A DNA stretch of 64,000 nt from contig JBLWTJ010000002.1 in NCBI GenBank assembly GCA_048270185.1, positions 192,001 through 256,000 of the forward strand, read 5' to 3'. The DNA is from Bacteriovoracaceae bacterium (GTDB lineage: Bacteria; Bdellovibrionota; Bacteriovoracia; Bacteriovoracales; Bacteriovoracaceae). Each line of letters starts with the position of its first letter. The stretch's first letter is position 1. Below are positions 1 to 9,533 of the stretch, in pieces. The notes below the pieces were generated by a model, which worked only from the letters and a program-made list of their open reading frames with translations, was not told the DNA's origin and ran no database searches. The position numbers and the translations under genes are program-made.

Positions 1-456
1 CTCTATGCCACTTTTGGAAGTAAGGAAGAGATATTTGAGAAAGTCGTTAATCTCTATCGTGAACGCTTTAAGAATGAAGTCGCTCTAAAGTCCTTAAATA
101 AAGAAAGCTTTAAGGAATCAGTAGAGAGCTTCTTTAAACAGGCCATTATATTTGCGACAAAGAACAAGGAGGCCAAAGGTTGTTTGGCCATTCATGGTGC
201 CCTTAAGACAAAGCACGATGACAAGGCCAGTTCACTACTACTACAAGTTAGACTTGATTTAGAAGAAGTTCTTTTAAAAAGAATTAAAAAGGCTGTTAAA
301 GATAATGACTATCAATGTGAAATGAAGCCTAAAGCGCTAGCGAAGTATCTTGCCACAGTTCATGCGGGTTTAAATATACAAGTTTTAAATAATGCATCAA
401 CAAGTGAGCTAAAGGAAGTCGTAAGTATCGCATTAAAAAACATTATCAACTCTTAA
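1..456 (+). CDS. TetR/AcrR family transcriptional regulator (5' end truncated by window)
   Basis: Frame 1 is open from base 1 (LYATFGSKEEIFEKVVNLYR, the end of a TetR HTH) and in frame with ORF 184..456. Confidence 0.85.
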   Translation, partial: LYATFGSKEEIFEKVVNLYRERFKNEVALKSLNKESFKESVESFFKQAIIFATKNKEAKGCLAIHGALKTKHDDKASSLLLQVRLDLEEVLLKRIKKAVKDNDYQCEMKPKALAKYLATVHAGLNIQVLNNASTSELKEVVSIALKNIINS

Positions 457-480
457 TCTTAGCTAATAAAATATTTTCTC

Positions 481-1158
481 TTACTTCCAAAAGAAATCTA
501 AGTCCACAACATGTATATACTTTATTAGATACTGAGATTGAGCAGACTTAATACTCGCTCCACCAAGGGTTTCAAAGCCCTTTGTTTCGATATCAGTTAA
601 TTTATAGTCAAAAGAAAGTCCGTTCTTTTGGCTCCAGAAAAACATTAAGCCTGCTTCATAATACGTATTTGAATAGCCTGCACTTTCAACTTCTTCGTAT
701 CCAGAGATATTTCCTTTGCGACTAAGGTACTCTTCTTGGTTATACTGAAGGGATATTGAACCATACATCATACCGGCACCAGCATATAATTTAATGATTG
801 AAGAATTTAAAAGATAGAATCGCATTCCAACGCTTCCATAAAGACTTGTCATAACAGCATCATAATCTTCTACAGTATATTGAGTAGCAAAGATGTCAGT
901 GTAATTATATTGAACAGTTGCCGAGCCGAGGGCTCCTCCAATATTACCAATGAGTGAAAAATTCAAAAAAGTTCCTGTCTCAAAACCAATATCGACATTC
1001 ATTCCGACAGCAGAACCAAAAAGAGTTTTTGAGTTAAAGCTCTTATCAGGCTGCTCTGAATCGGCTAAGGTTATAATTCCCCCTCCAGGATAAATCCTCA
1101 TGGCAAAAGTATTCAATGAAAGAAGAAATGATAAAGTAACAACTAAGAACTTAAACAC
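481..1158 (-). CDS. Outer-membrane beta-barrel protein, secreted
   Basis: Signal peptide (TFA), alternating Gly/aromatic beta-strands (LYAGAGMMYG, YYEAGLMFF). Confidence 0.6.
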   Translation of the reverse strand: MFKFLVVTLSFLLSLNTFAMRIYPGGGIITLADSEQPDKSFNSKTLFGSAVGMNVDIGFETGTFLNFSLIGNIGGALGSATVQYNYTDIFATQYTVEDYDAVMTSLYGSVGMRFYLLNSSIIKLYAGAGMMYGSISLQYNQEEYLSRKGNISGYEEVESAGYSNTYYEAGLMFFWSQKNGLSFDYKLTDIETKGFETLGGASIKSAQSQYLIKYIHVVDLDFFWK

Positions 1159-1164
1159 GAAACC

Positions 1165-2994
1165 TCACACGCTAAAGATTAAATTTGTCAGAAATGAATA
1201 ATGATTATTATCTTCTTCATTTGAATGATTAATAAATTGGCCATATTCAATACTAATGTCAAAGTTCTCAACAATATCATAAATACGAAGATATGAGTTA
1301 AAGTTGAAATACTCTTGCCCACTTCGATATAAATCCCACATGGACTTCGCTTTAAAATGAAGCTTGAATTTTTCATCAGCAATATAACCTACACCTAACT
1401 CAAAACCAGTTAAGATAAAATCACGACTTATATCTTTAGGCGAATAAATATCTAAAGCACTATATAAGTGAATATATAAATTATTTGTCAGATAGATTTC
1501 TTTTCCAAAAACTGACGAAAGTTCAAACCTTTGACAATCAAAACATGGACTATCAATATCCCTTGATATGCTTAGACGAGACCCCCAAGACCACATGGGA
1601 TCGATTGCTGTTGTCGGAACGTTATTCATAATATTAAAAAGATTAAACTTATGTAGTGAAACCCCATTCTCTTGTGCCTTTATATAAAGCTCTAAAAATG
1701 AAAAAGAACTATTCTCTAAAAATCCTGAACCCTTATCCATAAAGTTATGAATACCAGGTCTAAAACCAAGCAAGAGATACTCTCTTTCAAGCTTTAATTG
1801 ACCTGCCTCGAAGTGATACTCTCCATGACTATTGGCGGGGTTACTTAACTGAACAATTGGTGCTTCACTTGAACTAAGAGTAGAGCGAGCAACGAGAACC
1901 TTCTGATTTAGACGATTATCATCTGGAGAGAGAACTCCCATATTATTATGTCTTTTAAGAGAAAAGTAATCGAGAACAGTATCAGCAGTCTCTGCGTCTA
2001 AACTCTTAATCTCATTTGTTTTAATAATACCTAGAACTGTTGCCTTCTGCTTACTTGATAAATTCTTAAATCTTGCACGTAGCATTTTTCTAATAGAAGG
2101 ACGGCCTTGACTTGATTCAATTAACTCATTCTTTTCTAATAACTTGATTGTTTCATGAGGCACAACGTAGAGGTTAAGGTCAGCGATTAATTTCTTATCA
2201 GGAAAGATTGCCTGTAGGATAGCAATGGACATATAAGAACAGTTCTCATCCATAAAGAAATAGTTCTGTTCTATATTATATACACTCTCCCATAGAAGGT
2301 AAGCGAACTTCAAGCGCTGTTCCTGATTGAGCTTTAACTTGTACTCCCAGATATCACGTTTTTCAATTTGGCTGTATTCATGTACTTTTTCATAAAATGG
2401 ACCTTGAGAAAAAACCCCCGTAAAGCCTCCCATAAGTCCTTTATGGATATAATCAAGCATACCCACATCTTCATCCATTTCAGCGGCATAACCAATGTAG
2501 AAGTTTAAGAAATTAACACTTCGGCTATTAACAACTTTTATAAAAGTATGACCCATAACAGAAGCAGGATTAGAAATAAATTGAGATGCATGGACAAGAT
2601 GAATCTCGTCGAAGCCTAACTCAGCTATCCATTCATTTAATCCGTTACATCTAATTTCCTCTACATCACTTAATAGGCCAAGGGATTTAAGATAGTGAAA
2701 CCGAGCAGGAAATAAACACTGAGGATGTCCTCTTTGTTTTATTCCTTCGGAACTCGGATTCATAAAAGTATCTACTGTTTTAACTAATTCAGAATATGGG
2801 TTTTTGTATCCATCTTTTGCAAGAAAGAATGGTGCATCTTTTTCAACTGTGCTCTTGTGCGCATCTTTTTTGAAATGAAGCATATAGCGCCAATAATCAC
2901 TTGTTGAGACATTTTCTAAATCCACAGCAAAGATAGAAAAAGAAGAAAGTGCAAAAATGATCACACAGGGCAAAGTTTGAAAATATTTTAACAT
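1165..2994 (-). CDS. DUF4105 / Lnb-like N-terminal domain protein with C-terminal beta-barrel
   Basis: Motifs CLFPARF, SVMGHTF, YFFMDENCSY; signal peptide. Confidence 0.8.
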   Translation of the reverse strand: MLKYFQTLPCVIIFALSSFSIFAVDLENVSTSDYWRYMLHFKKDAHKSTVEKDAPFFLAKDGYKNPYSELVKTVDTFMNPSSEGIKQRGHPQCLFPARFHYLKSLGLLSDVEEIRCNGLNEWIAELGFDEIHLVHASQFISNPASVMGHTFIKVVNSRSVNFLNFYIGYAAEMDEDVGMLDYIHKGLMGGFTGVFSQGPFYEKVHEYSQIEKRDIWEYKLKLNQEQRLKFAYLLWESVYNIEQNYFFMDENCSYMSIAILQAIFPDKKLIADLNLYVVPHETIKLLEKNELIESSQGRPSIRKMLRARFKNLSSKQKATVLGIIKTNEIKSLDAETADTVLDYFSLKRHNNMGVLSPDDNRLNQKVLVARSTLSSSEAPIVQLSNPANSHGEYHFEAGQLKLEREYLLLGFRPGIHNFMDKGSGFLENSSFSFLELYIKAQENGVSLHKFNLFNIMNNVPTTAIDPMWSWGSRLSISRDIDSPCFDCQRFELSSVFGKEIYLTNNLYIHLYSALDIYSPKDISRDFILTGFELGVGYIADEKFKLHFKAKSMWDLYRSGQEYFNFNSYLRIYDIVENFDISIEYGQFINHSNEEDNNHYSFLTNLIFSV

Positions 2995-3045
2995 TCAATT
3001 ATTATTTACTAAATAAATACGGTTTTCAACAAGGAAAGTAATTCA

Positions 3046-3609
3046 ATGAATAAAGTTATCATCTTAGCTTCAATTCTAACAACGCAAGTTTATGCCATCA
3101 ATCAACAGGCATGTTCTAAAATGTTAAATAATGGACTCTACAAAACTTACAAGTATGGTGGGATTGACCAACCTCTGACAAAGGCAACAAAGGATCATGG
3201 AATATCAAAAGCATCATTTGTTACTTCAACAGAAGGTACAACTGCTCTACTTGATCCAAAGTATTGGTCAAATGTGACTACTTCTGAAACGCAATCAACA
3301 AGTTCCTCAGGAGCATGTAGTGCTATCGGATTTAATAAGCTTAAAGAGAATCGTAATAAGTATATTGCTCAAAATTACAATGAAATATTGAAAGAAGCAT
3401 CAAGAGGAGCAGGAGAACACCTCCAAGCGCTAGCAGCCTTTTCTCTCTGTGATCATGAAGCTTTCTCTAGGTTCTTCAAGCACTCTAAAGAGAATGTTTC
3501 AAACTTTATTGATAAAACAGGGCCTGAAATTGGAACGATTATTGATCAAACTATCAAAGCTGATAATTCATTAGAAGGTAAATGCTTCTCTTACGCTGAT
3601 ATAATTTAA
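3046..3609 (+). CDS. DUF3015 family secreted protein
   Basis: Signal peptide; ASRGAGEHLQALA motif; adjacent to DUF4105 gene as is usual for this family. Confidence 0.7.
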   Translation: MNKVIILASILTTQVYAINQQACSKMLNNGLYKTYKYGGIDQPLTKATKDHGISKASFVTSTEGTTALLDPKYWSNVTTSETQSTSSSGACSAIGFNKLKENRNKYIAQNYNEILKEASRGAGEHLQALAAFSLCDHEAFSRFFKHSKENVSNFIDKTGPEIGTIIDQTIKADNSLEGKCFSYADII

Positions 3610-3615
3610 TAAAAA

Positions 3616-3636
3616 AAGCCTCTAATCTAGAGGCTT
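3616..3636. terminator. Intrinsic terminator between convergent genes
   Basis: AAGCCTCTA-atc-TAGAGGCTT inverted repeat with flanking A/T tracts. Confidence 0.75.
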
Positions 3637-3665
3637 AATTATATTTTAAAATTTTAGAATAAATA

Positions 3666-4409
3666 CTAGCGATCAGAATCGAGACAAGCTTTAATGGCAT
3701 TTACCAATGCACTATGCTTTGCGAGAACCGTACCCTGGTTGGCACCACCACGACTTGTACATCCAGCATGTGAGTGAATTCCAATAATCTCCTGTGTTTT
3801 TTCAAGAATAATACTTGAACCTGAGTTTCCACCAGTAGTATCAGCAGTGTGCTTTAAGTGCGTTGGACTAAAAAGCGTACCAGTACTTGTTAATTTTCCA
3901 GTATGTGTTTGTTGAGCAAAGTTTCCTGTCATATCAGTGCGGTCAACACCGTAGCCTGTAATTCTGATTTCCTGTCCCCTTCTTGGAGTCTTGAAGGAAA
4001 CATTATAGTAACCTTGTACTTCACCAGGAAGTTTATTAGTAATTTCATTACGCTTGAACTTAAAAACGGCCCAATCTCTTCCCGGTCCTGCATTTTGAGC
4101 TTCAATTGAGCTTCTATCAATTAAATAAATATCTTCCATCTCTGATGCTTGTGGAATACCGTTAATTGACTCAGGAGTATTAAATTCAGCTTTGACAAGT
4201 ACAGACTGACAGTGGCCTGCTGTTACTGCACACGAGTTACTAATTAGAGTTGCAGTACATCCTTTATTATCGTTCATTGTCGATAAACGCCCTACCCTTG
4301 GCTCAAATGATAAAACTCGATCATCATTACTACCACAGATAGACTCTTTATTTGCATGTGAATTAATTGAAACTAAGAAAACGAGAAACGTTAATATCGT
4401 TTTAGACAT
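3666..4409 (-). CDS. Secreted trypsin-like serine protease (V8/glutamyl endopeptidase-like)
   Basis: TAGHC, DWA, TTGGNSGS catalytic triad motifs; signal peptide. Confidence 0.9.
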   Translation of the reverse strand: MSKTILTFLVFLVSINSHANKESICGSNDDRVLSFEPRVGRLSTMNDNKGCTATLISNSCAVTAGHCQSVLVKAEFNTPESINGIPQASEMEDIYLIDRSSIEAQNAGPGRDWAVFKFKRNEITNKLPGEVQGYYNVSFKTPRRGQEIRITGYGVDRTDMTGNFAQQTHTGKLTSTGTLFSPTHLKHTADTTGGNSGSSIILEKTQEIIGIHSHAGCTSRGGANQGTVLAKHSALVNAIKACLDSDR

Positions 4410-4554
4410 ATACCCTCCTTGATATATAAAATTTGTCTAAATATATTAATATCATCTCAATGCAATCGAAAAGTTTTTATACCTTTAAGATATTAATTGT
4501 AAGATTATCGAATAATAATTGTTCCTAAGTAAGAAAACATATTAACTCCTTTAA

Positions 4555-5298
4555 TTATTGGTTAAACATATAGTCACTGGCCCTAAAGTCAGTAGCAACA
4601 TAAGACATGAATGTAATGTCTTGAAGATTCTCTTTACCATAAAGCAGCTCTTCTCTTTTTGAGCGCTTTGCAAATTCTTCTTGTACTTCGGCTAAGGCCT
4701 TCAAGTATTCTTTTACTGATTCCTTTTTTAGGTGCATATCACCACGGGAACCTTGGCAAGTTCTCTTAGCTAACTTGAACTCCTTCTGGGCATATTCAAA
4801 GAAAGCATGATCAATTCCAAAGCTTACAACTTCCCCAAGCTTTGAAGAGATCGTGAAGTCATTACCCTTATAGACAAGCTTTACAGCTTCTTTGGCACCA
4901 AGCTCAATGAGATTGACTTTATCAAGTGCCGTCAGTGCAGAAAGACATTCTTTGCGCTCTAAGCGGTGTTTTTTCATGACCTTCTTCCAATCCCCCTCAT
5001 TACTCGTAAGCTCTGAAAAGAAGTGATAGTAGCGTGGATGCTTTAAAAATAGCTTCTCCTGCTTCTCATTGAAAATGAGGCCTTCATCTTTCTTTTCTTT
5101 TGCGATAGCTAGAAGATCTGCGAGATCTATATTCAAGACATCACAGATTTGGTCAAGCTTGCTCATCGAGCAATCTTGTGAGGCCATTAATTTTTTTAAA
5201 CCTGATTCAGACATTTCAATCTTTTTCGCCAATTCACTATAATTAAGCTTTCGGCCCTTCATAACTTCTTTTAGTGCATTAAAAACTTCATTTCTCAT
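4555..5298 (-). CDS. XRE-family HTH transcriptional regulator
   Basis: N-terminal HTH (LNYSELAKKIEMSESGLKKLM); ATG at 5298 preceded by GAGG, so the ORF-track start 5358 is likely too long. Confidence 0.8.
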   Translation of the reverse strand: MRNEVFNALKEVMKGRKLNYSELAKKIEMSESGLKKLMASQDCSMSKLDQICDVLNIDLADLLAIAKEKKDEGLIFNEKQEKLFLKHPRYYHFFSELTSNEGDWKKVMKKHRLERKECLSALTALDKVNLIELGAKEAVKLVYKGNDFTISSKLGEVVSFGIDHAFFEYAQKEFKLAKRTCQGSRGDMHLKKESVKEYLKALAEVQEEFAKRSKREELLYGKENLQDITFMSYVATDFRASDYMFNQ

Positions 5299-5369
5299 TT
5301 TGCTTTCCTCATCAGTTATTTGATGAAATAAATATAACTGAATACGAACCCACTTCAAACAAAAACAAC

Positions 5370-5394
5370 AAAAGTACCATAATCAGGTACTTTT
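5370..5394. promoter_or_regulatory. Palindromic operator candidate upstream of XRE regulator
   Basis: AAAAGTACC-N7-GGTACTTTT perfect inverted repeat. Confidence 0.5.
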
Positions 5395-5424
5395 ATTCAG
5401 TATTAGAGTAGTTTTTTCAGGAAT

Positions 5425-6327
5425 TTAGAAGAAGAATCGATAATAGAGAGATCCAGATGCCCTTGTTTGAGAGTAAGTGTTGTAATCCGATGTATTAGAA
5501 AGCCTCTTGCTATTGATCATGACCCCAAGAAGTGAGCGTTCGAACTCATAGCCAAAATCGCCTCCAACACCAATGGCCGTACCAATCGTTGTCCCATTTT
5601 TTAAATTAGAGTCCCTAAATTTAATCTCTGAGATATTTAATCCTGCTGTCCCTTTAAGTAAGAGATAATACTTATCGAATTGGAATTGTCTCGTATAACC
5701 AAAAGAAGCTGCGTATTGGATTGCATCGACTCTTTTGATATCACCAAAGCTACTAAACTTCGCCTGTAACTCACTTGGTATTAGATTCTCATCGCTCTTA
5801 AAATTTACTTCAGAGATATTCACTTCAATAATTGAAGAGCCTTGTGGAGAGCGACCTTTTTCAGTGTGACCAAATAAAGTCGAAGGACGAAATGATTTAT
5901 TAAAGAAATAGACGGCCGTTACACCATAGTTTTGACTTGAGATATTGGACCTTATTCCGTCATCAGAGCCAACAATCTCATATCCTTCATAATCCTGGTA
6001 GAAGAGTTCATAGTAGATTCTTCCCCACGTTGAAGATAATTGAATATCAGTTGCATTCGATGCACCTTTTGATTTTGTGTTATCATCTTCACTGATTGGG
6101 TTTTGTAAACTAACACCTAGAGTGAAGTCCTTGTGAGATAATCGAATTGAAGAGTATGAAATCCCAGATGGTTTATATTCAATGATATCATCACTAACCT
6201 CTAAAGTATGTCCTAGAGAAGCGAAGTCGAGAGAGTATTCAACACTTTCGATAAACTCCTTAGGGGAATGAAGCTGATCTCCCCATATTGCCGTAAAAAT
6301 GGCCAATGCAAAAACAATACCTACCAA
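5425..6327 (-). CDS. Outer-membrane beta-barrel protein (DUF4421-like)
   Basis: YQDYEGY motif, beta-strand pattern, C-terminal YYRFFF. Confidence 0.6.
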   Translation of the reverse strand: MVGIVFALAIFTAIWGDQLHSPKEFIESVEYSLDFASLGHTLEVSDDIIEYKPSGISYSSIRLSHKDFTLGVSLQNPISEDDNTKSKGASNATDIQLSSTWGRIYYELFYQDYEGYEIVGSDDGIRSNISSQNYGVTAVYFFNKSFRPSTLFGHTEKGRSPQGSSIIEVNISEVNFKSDENLIPSELQAKFSSFGDIKRVDAIQYAASFGYTRQFQFDKYYLLLKGTAGLNISEIKFRDSNLKNGTTIGTAIGVGGDFGYEFERSLLGVMINSKRLSNTSDYNTYSQTRASGSLYYRFFF

Positions 6328-6425
6328 TTAATATTCCCCTACTTAGGGATTGATATACTTACATCCCCTGACTTTAATCTCATATTATTTTACAAACCTT
6401 ATGGCCAATTAGTAAAACTATTCTA

Positions 6426-7337
6426 TTGGGGGCAATTTTGAATCTATTAATTATCGCGTATTTATTCTTTAATACTTCATCGCTTAATTATGATTACGAG
6501 CTTATTAACTTTAATAAGTCCAAAATCTACACGGAAGAAAAGCTTTTAGCTTCAGTTGGCAAGACTAAGGAAGATCTTGAGCAGTTTAAGTGTGATAACG
6601 AGGAGCGCTTTAGCCTATTCACACAGAACAAAAACCCCAATTTAAGTTACGATTCTTTAAGGGTTAAATCAGCTGATGGAAAGATCCTCATCTACAAAGA
6701 TCAAAACCTTTATAAAGACGGCGAAATCTATTCGATCAAGAAAACAGACAAATTCCTAAGAACTTTCATGGATGCCATGGCTACGATAGAGGCAACTACG
6801 GTAGGAGAAGTTCTCGTTAAAAGCCTTCAGTCATACAAAGATATCTTTCTCGTAAAAAAAGGATGGTCACACTTTGAACCAAACTCTGAAAATGAAAGAA
6901 GTATGTGGCATATTAACGAAGCAGGTTTTGGCTTCATTATGGATGAGAAGATGCCTATGTTTGGAGATAAGACACCTCTCGAAAAGATAGGAGCTTCAGG
7001 TCTAATTTATTGGGACCCTAATCTAAAAGCTAAATTCGTTGAAAGTGATTATGTGAAGAGATCAATTAGGCCAGAGCTAGTTTTAGCTCATGAGATGTTT
7101 CACGCTTATGATTCTTCAAGAGGATTTCTAGATCGTAGATTTGTTAAATCAGATGAGCTCGAATTTACAGAATTATCAGAGTACCGCGCAGTTTATCTTG
7201 AAAATATGCTAAGAGAAGAATTTGGCCTTAAGTATCGCAGATACTATGGGGACGTTGATGACTTCTCACAAGCTGATCTTTTGAATGAAGATGGCTCACC
7301 AATTCTGATGCCTTCTCCATGTATTAAGTGGTTATGA
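6426..7337 (+). CDS. Secreted zinc metallopeptidase (M91/NleD-like)
   Basis: LAHEMFHAYD HExxH followed by E..AVYLENMLREE..RRYY. Confidence 0.7.
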   Translation: MGAILNLLIIAYLFFNTSSLNYDYELINFNKSKIYTEEKLLASVGKTKEDLEQFKCDNEERFSLFTQNKNPNLSYDSLRVKSADGKILIYKDQNLYKDGEIYSIKKTDKFLRTFMDAMATIEATTVGEVLVKSLQSYKDIFLVKKGWSHFEPNSENERSMWHINEAGFGFIMDEKMPMFGDKTPLEKIGASGLIYWDPNLKAKFVESDYVKRSIRPELVLAHEMFHAYDSSRGFLDRRFVKSDELEFTELSEYRAVYLENMLREEFGLKYRRYYGDVDDFSQADLLNEDGSPILMPSPCIKWL

Positions 7338-8366
7338 TTCAACAAAAGCTTCCAAAATTTCAAATTTCACATCGTATTCATTTTGAGCAGTAAGTCTTAC
7401 TTTCACGCGCTCAGCAATAGTGTGCATTGGAATGGTATGGGAGCAATCAAACTCTGAGACAATTGGGTAATCTCTATTACCTACGACTTCCATTAAGAGT
7501 TCATTGAGATCAAATGGAGCACCTTCAGGATTTGGCATTTCAGCTTTTCCCATAATAAGTCCTGAGATTTTATCAAAGACACCAATGAGTTTTAACTGAG
7601 TCAAGCTTCTCTCCTCTTTTGACCAAGGGGCGGCCATCTCTTCAATTAGTAAGATTTTTCCTTCGACATCTGGAAAGTAAGGAGTTCCTGCACTACTCAT
7701 GAGAGTATTAAGATTTGTCACAACAATCTCAGCTTCTATAGTGCCTGAATTTAAGACTTTCCAGCCGTCATTCTGATTCCATTCACGAGGGATATTCTTC
7801 CAATCGCCATTTGACCAATCTCTAAAGTGATTACTCCAACGACTAAATGGTTTTAACTCACGTGGTGTATTATCCGTTATGGTGGCCGCATTTAGGAAGG
7901 ATTCAATACTTTCTTCGATTCCATTTGGATACTCTCCAAACCAAGTCATAATCGCTGGCCCATAGAAAGTACTAAGACCGGAGTATTTTAGAATCGAAAG
8001 ATGAAGAGAGCTTACATCACTATAGCCACAAATAATCTTTCTCTTTTCTCTAATGAGATCAAAATCAAGATAAGGGATCATACTATTTGAGTTCATCCCA
8101 CCAATAGTTGATATGAGACATTTTACTTCGTCGTCTCTTATTAAATCCATGAACTCTTGGGCACGATCTTTTGGAGTACCAGAGCGGTAACCTTGAGATG
8201 CTCTCTTTGCCGTTAAGTTTCCAAGCTTTACTTTAAAACCTAGGGCCTCAATACTCTTAACACCATTTAGAAAGAGCTCTTCATTGGCCTTGTATGCAGG
8301 CGAAGAAGGAGTAAAGATACCAATTGTATCTCCCTTATTAAGCTTGTATGGTTTGAGTATTTCCAT
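7332..8366 (-). CDS. S66 family LD-carboxypeptidase / MccF-like peptidase
   Basis: GYSDVSSL nucleophile motif, ILLIEE, FDCSHTIP. Confidence 0.9.
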   Translation of the reverse strand: MEILKPYKLNKGDTIGIFTPSSPAYKANEELFLNGVKSIEALGFKVKLGNLTAKRASQGYRSGTPKDRAQEFMDLIRDDEVKCLISTIGGMNSNSMIPYLDFDLIREKRKIICGYSDVSSLHLSILKYSGLSTFYGPAIMTWFGEYPNGIEESIESFLNAATITDNTPRELKPFSRWSNHFRDWSNGDWKNIPREWNQNDGWKVLNSGTIEAEIVVTNLNTLMSSAGTPYFPDVEGKILLIEEMAAPWSKEERSLTQLKLIGVFDKISGLIMGKAEMPNPEGAPFDLNELLMEVVGNRDYPIVSEFDCSHTIPMHTIAERVKVRLTAQNEYDVKFEILEAFVES

Positions 8367-8367
8367 C

Positions 8368-8832
8368 CTAGATCCAACGTCTTACTTGTTTTGTGTATTC
8401 AATATATTCTTGTCCAAATATATCTTTTAGAATTTCTTCTTCAGGCTTTATTTGAAAGTAAGTCATGTAAAGAACAAAGAAAATACAAAAAATTAAAGAA
8501 TAGAAACTTCCAAAAAAGCTACAAATGGCAAGTAGCCACAAAAACATTCCCACATACATCGGGTTTCTAGTATAGGCATAAATACCTGAACGAACGAGGT
8601 GATCCGACTTCTTTGGGTCACGAGGATCGACTGTTGTATTGGCCGAGCGAAAGTTAAGAACACCGATAATTGCAAATAGTGATCCGAAAACAAAGATTGA
8701 AATAGAGATCAATAAACTTAAACTCTTATCTAGTTGATAATTTGGTGTATTTTGAGCTGTGAAGTAAATCGCAACACTAAGTATAATCACTTGAAGAACC
8801 GGTGGTATTTTTAACTTTAAAAAATCTAACAT
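8368..8832 (-). CDS. Isoprenylcysteine carboxylmethyltransferase (STE14/PEMT) family membrane protein
   Basis: GIYAYTRNPMYVG, IKPEE..L..FG.EY..Y...VRRWI. Confidence 0.9.
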   Translation of the reverse strand: MLDFLKLKIPPVLQVIILSVAIYFTAQNTPNYQLDKSLSLLISISIFVFGSLFAIIGVLNFRSANTTVDPRDPKKSDHLVRSGIYAYTRNPMYVGMFLWLLAICSFFGSFYSLIFCIFFVLYMTYFQIKPEEEILKDIFGQEYIEYTKQVRRWI

Positions 8833-8835
8833 GGC

Positions 8836-9234
8836 TTACTCTCCTGACTGTCTATCATAATTTCTAAGACAAACACCTTGGGCCTTCATCATCCCAAGCT
8901 TTTCATAATACGGTATGAGGTCTTCATCACAGAGAAGATCAATCATATATAAATGTGAGAGCTCTACTTTTAGCTTCTCAACTAATTTATTTCCAATACC
9001 CTTACCTTGATATTCAGGAAGAACCTCAAGAAGTGGAATATATGCAGATAAGACTCCATCCGAGATACTGTTAATAAAGCCAATGAGCCTACCATTATCG
9101 TAGGCCAAGACAACTTTATAGCTCCCGTAAAGTAGCTTTTTAAATACTTCAATTGAAGGCGGATTTGGCCAATTAACAAAGAAGCCATCAAGATTTAACT
9201 CATTTAATATACTTAAATCGGTAGTAAAATTCAT
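8836..9234 (-). CDS. GNAT family N-acetyltransferase
   Basis: LEVLPEYQGKGIG motif A; YYEKLG; start set to ATG 9234. Confidence 0.9.
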   Translation of the reverse strand: MNFTTDLSILNELNLDGFFVNWPNPPSIEVFKKLLYGSYKVVLAYDNGRLIGFINSISDGVLSAYIPLLEVLPEYQGKGIGNKLVEKLKVELSHLYMIDLLCDEDLIPYYEKLGMMKAQGVCLRNYDRQSGE

Positions 9235-9533
9235 AAAGATCCATTCCAACAGTAATGTTATTTATTTATAGAGTATCATATTGAAGCTTAAAGCTCACCG
9301 TATTTTTCAAACTAAATTCCTTTAATTACAATAATTTTAAATGATAGAAAGTTAATGATTCAGTAAACAAATACTATATCCAAAATTCACCACTTGGCGC
9401 TCTACCACTAGCCAAAGAGGATTTAAACAAAAAACCAAGGAGAAATAAACGACAAATTAATAATCAAGGATTGTGCTAAAGCTCACGATATAAGTAAGGC
9501 TAAAATTAGAGTATAAATAAAAAGGTATTTGTT

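Noticed and set aside
7332..9234. Microcin C immunity locus (MccF-like plus GNAT)
   Set aside because: No mccA/mccB-like genes; S66 peptidases and GNATs are widespread and the link to the distant RiPP island is unsupported
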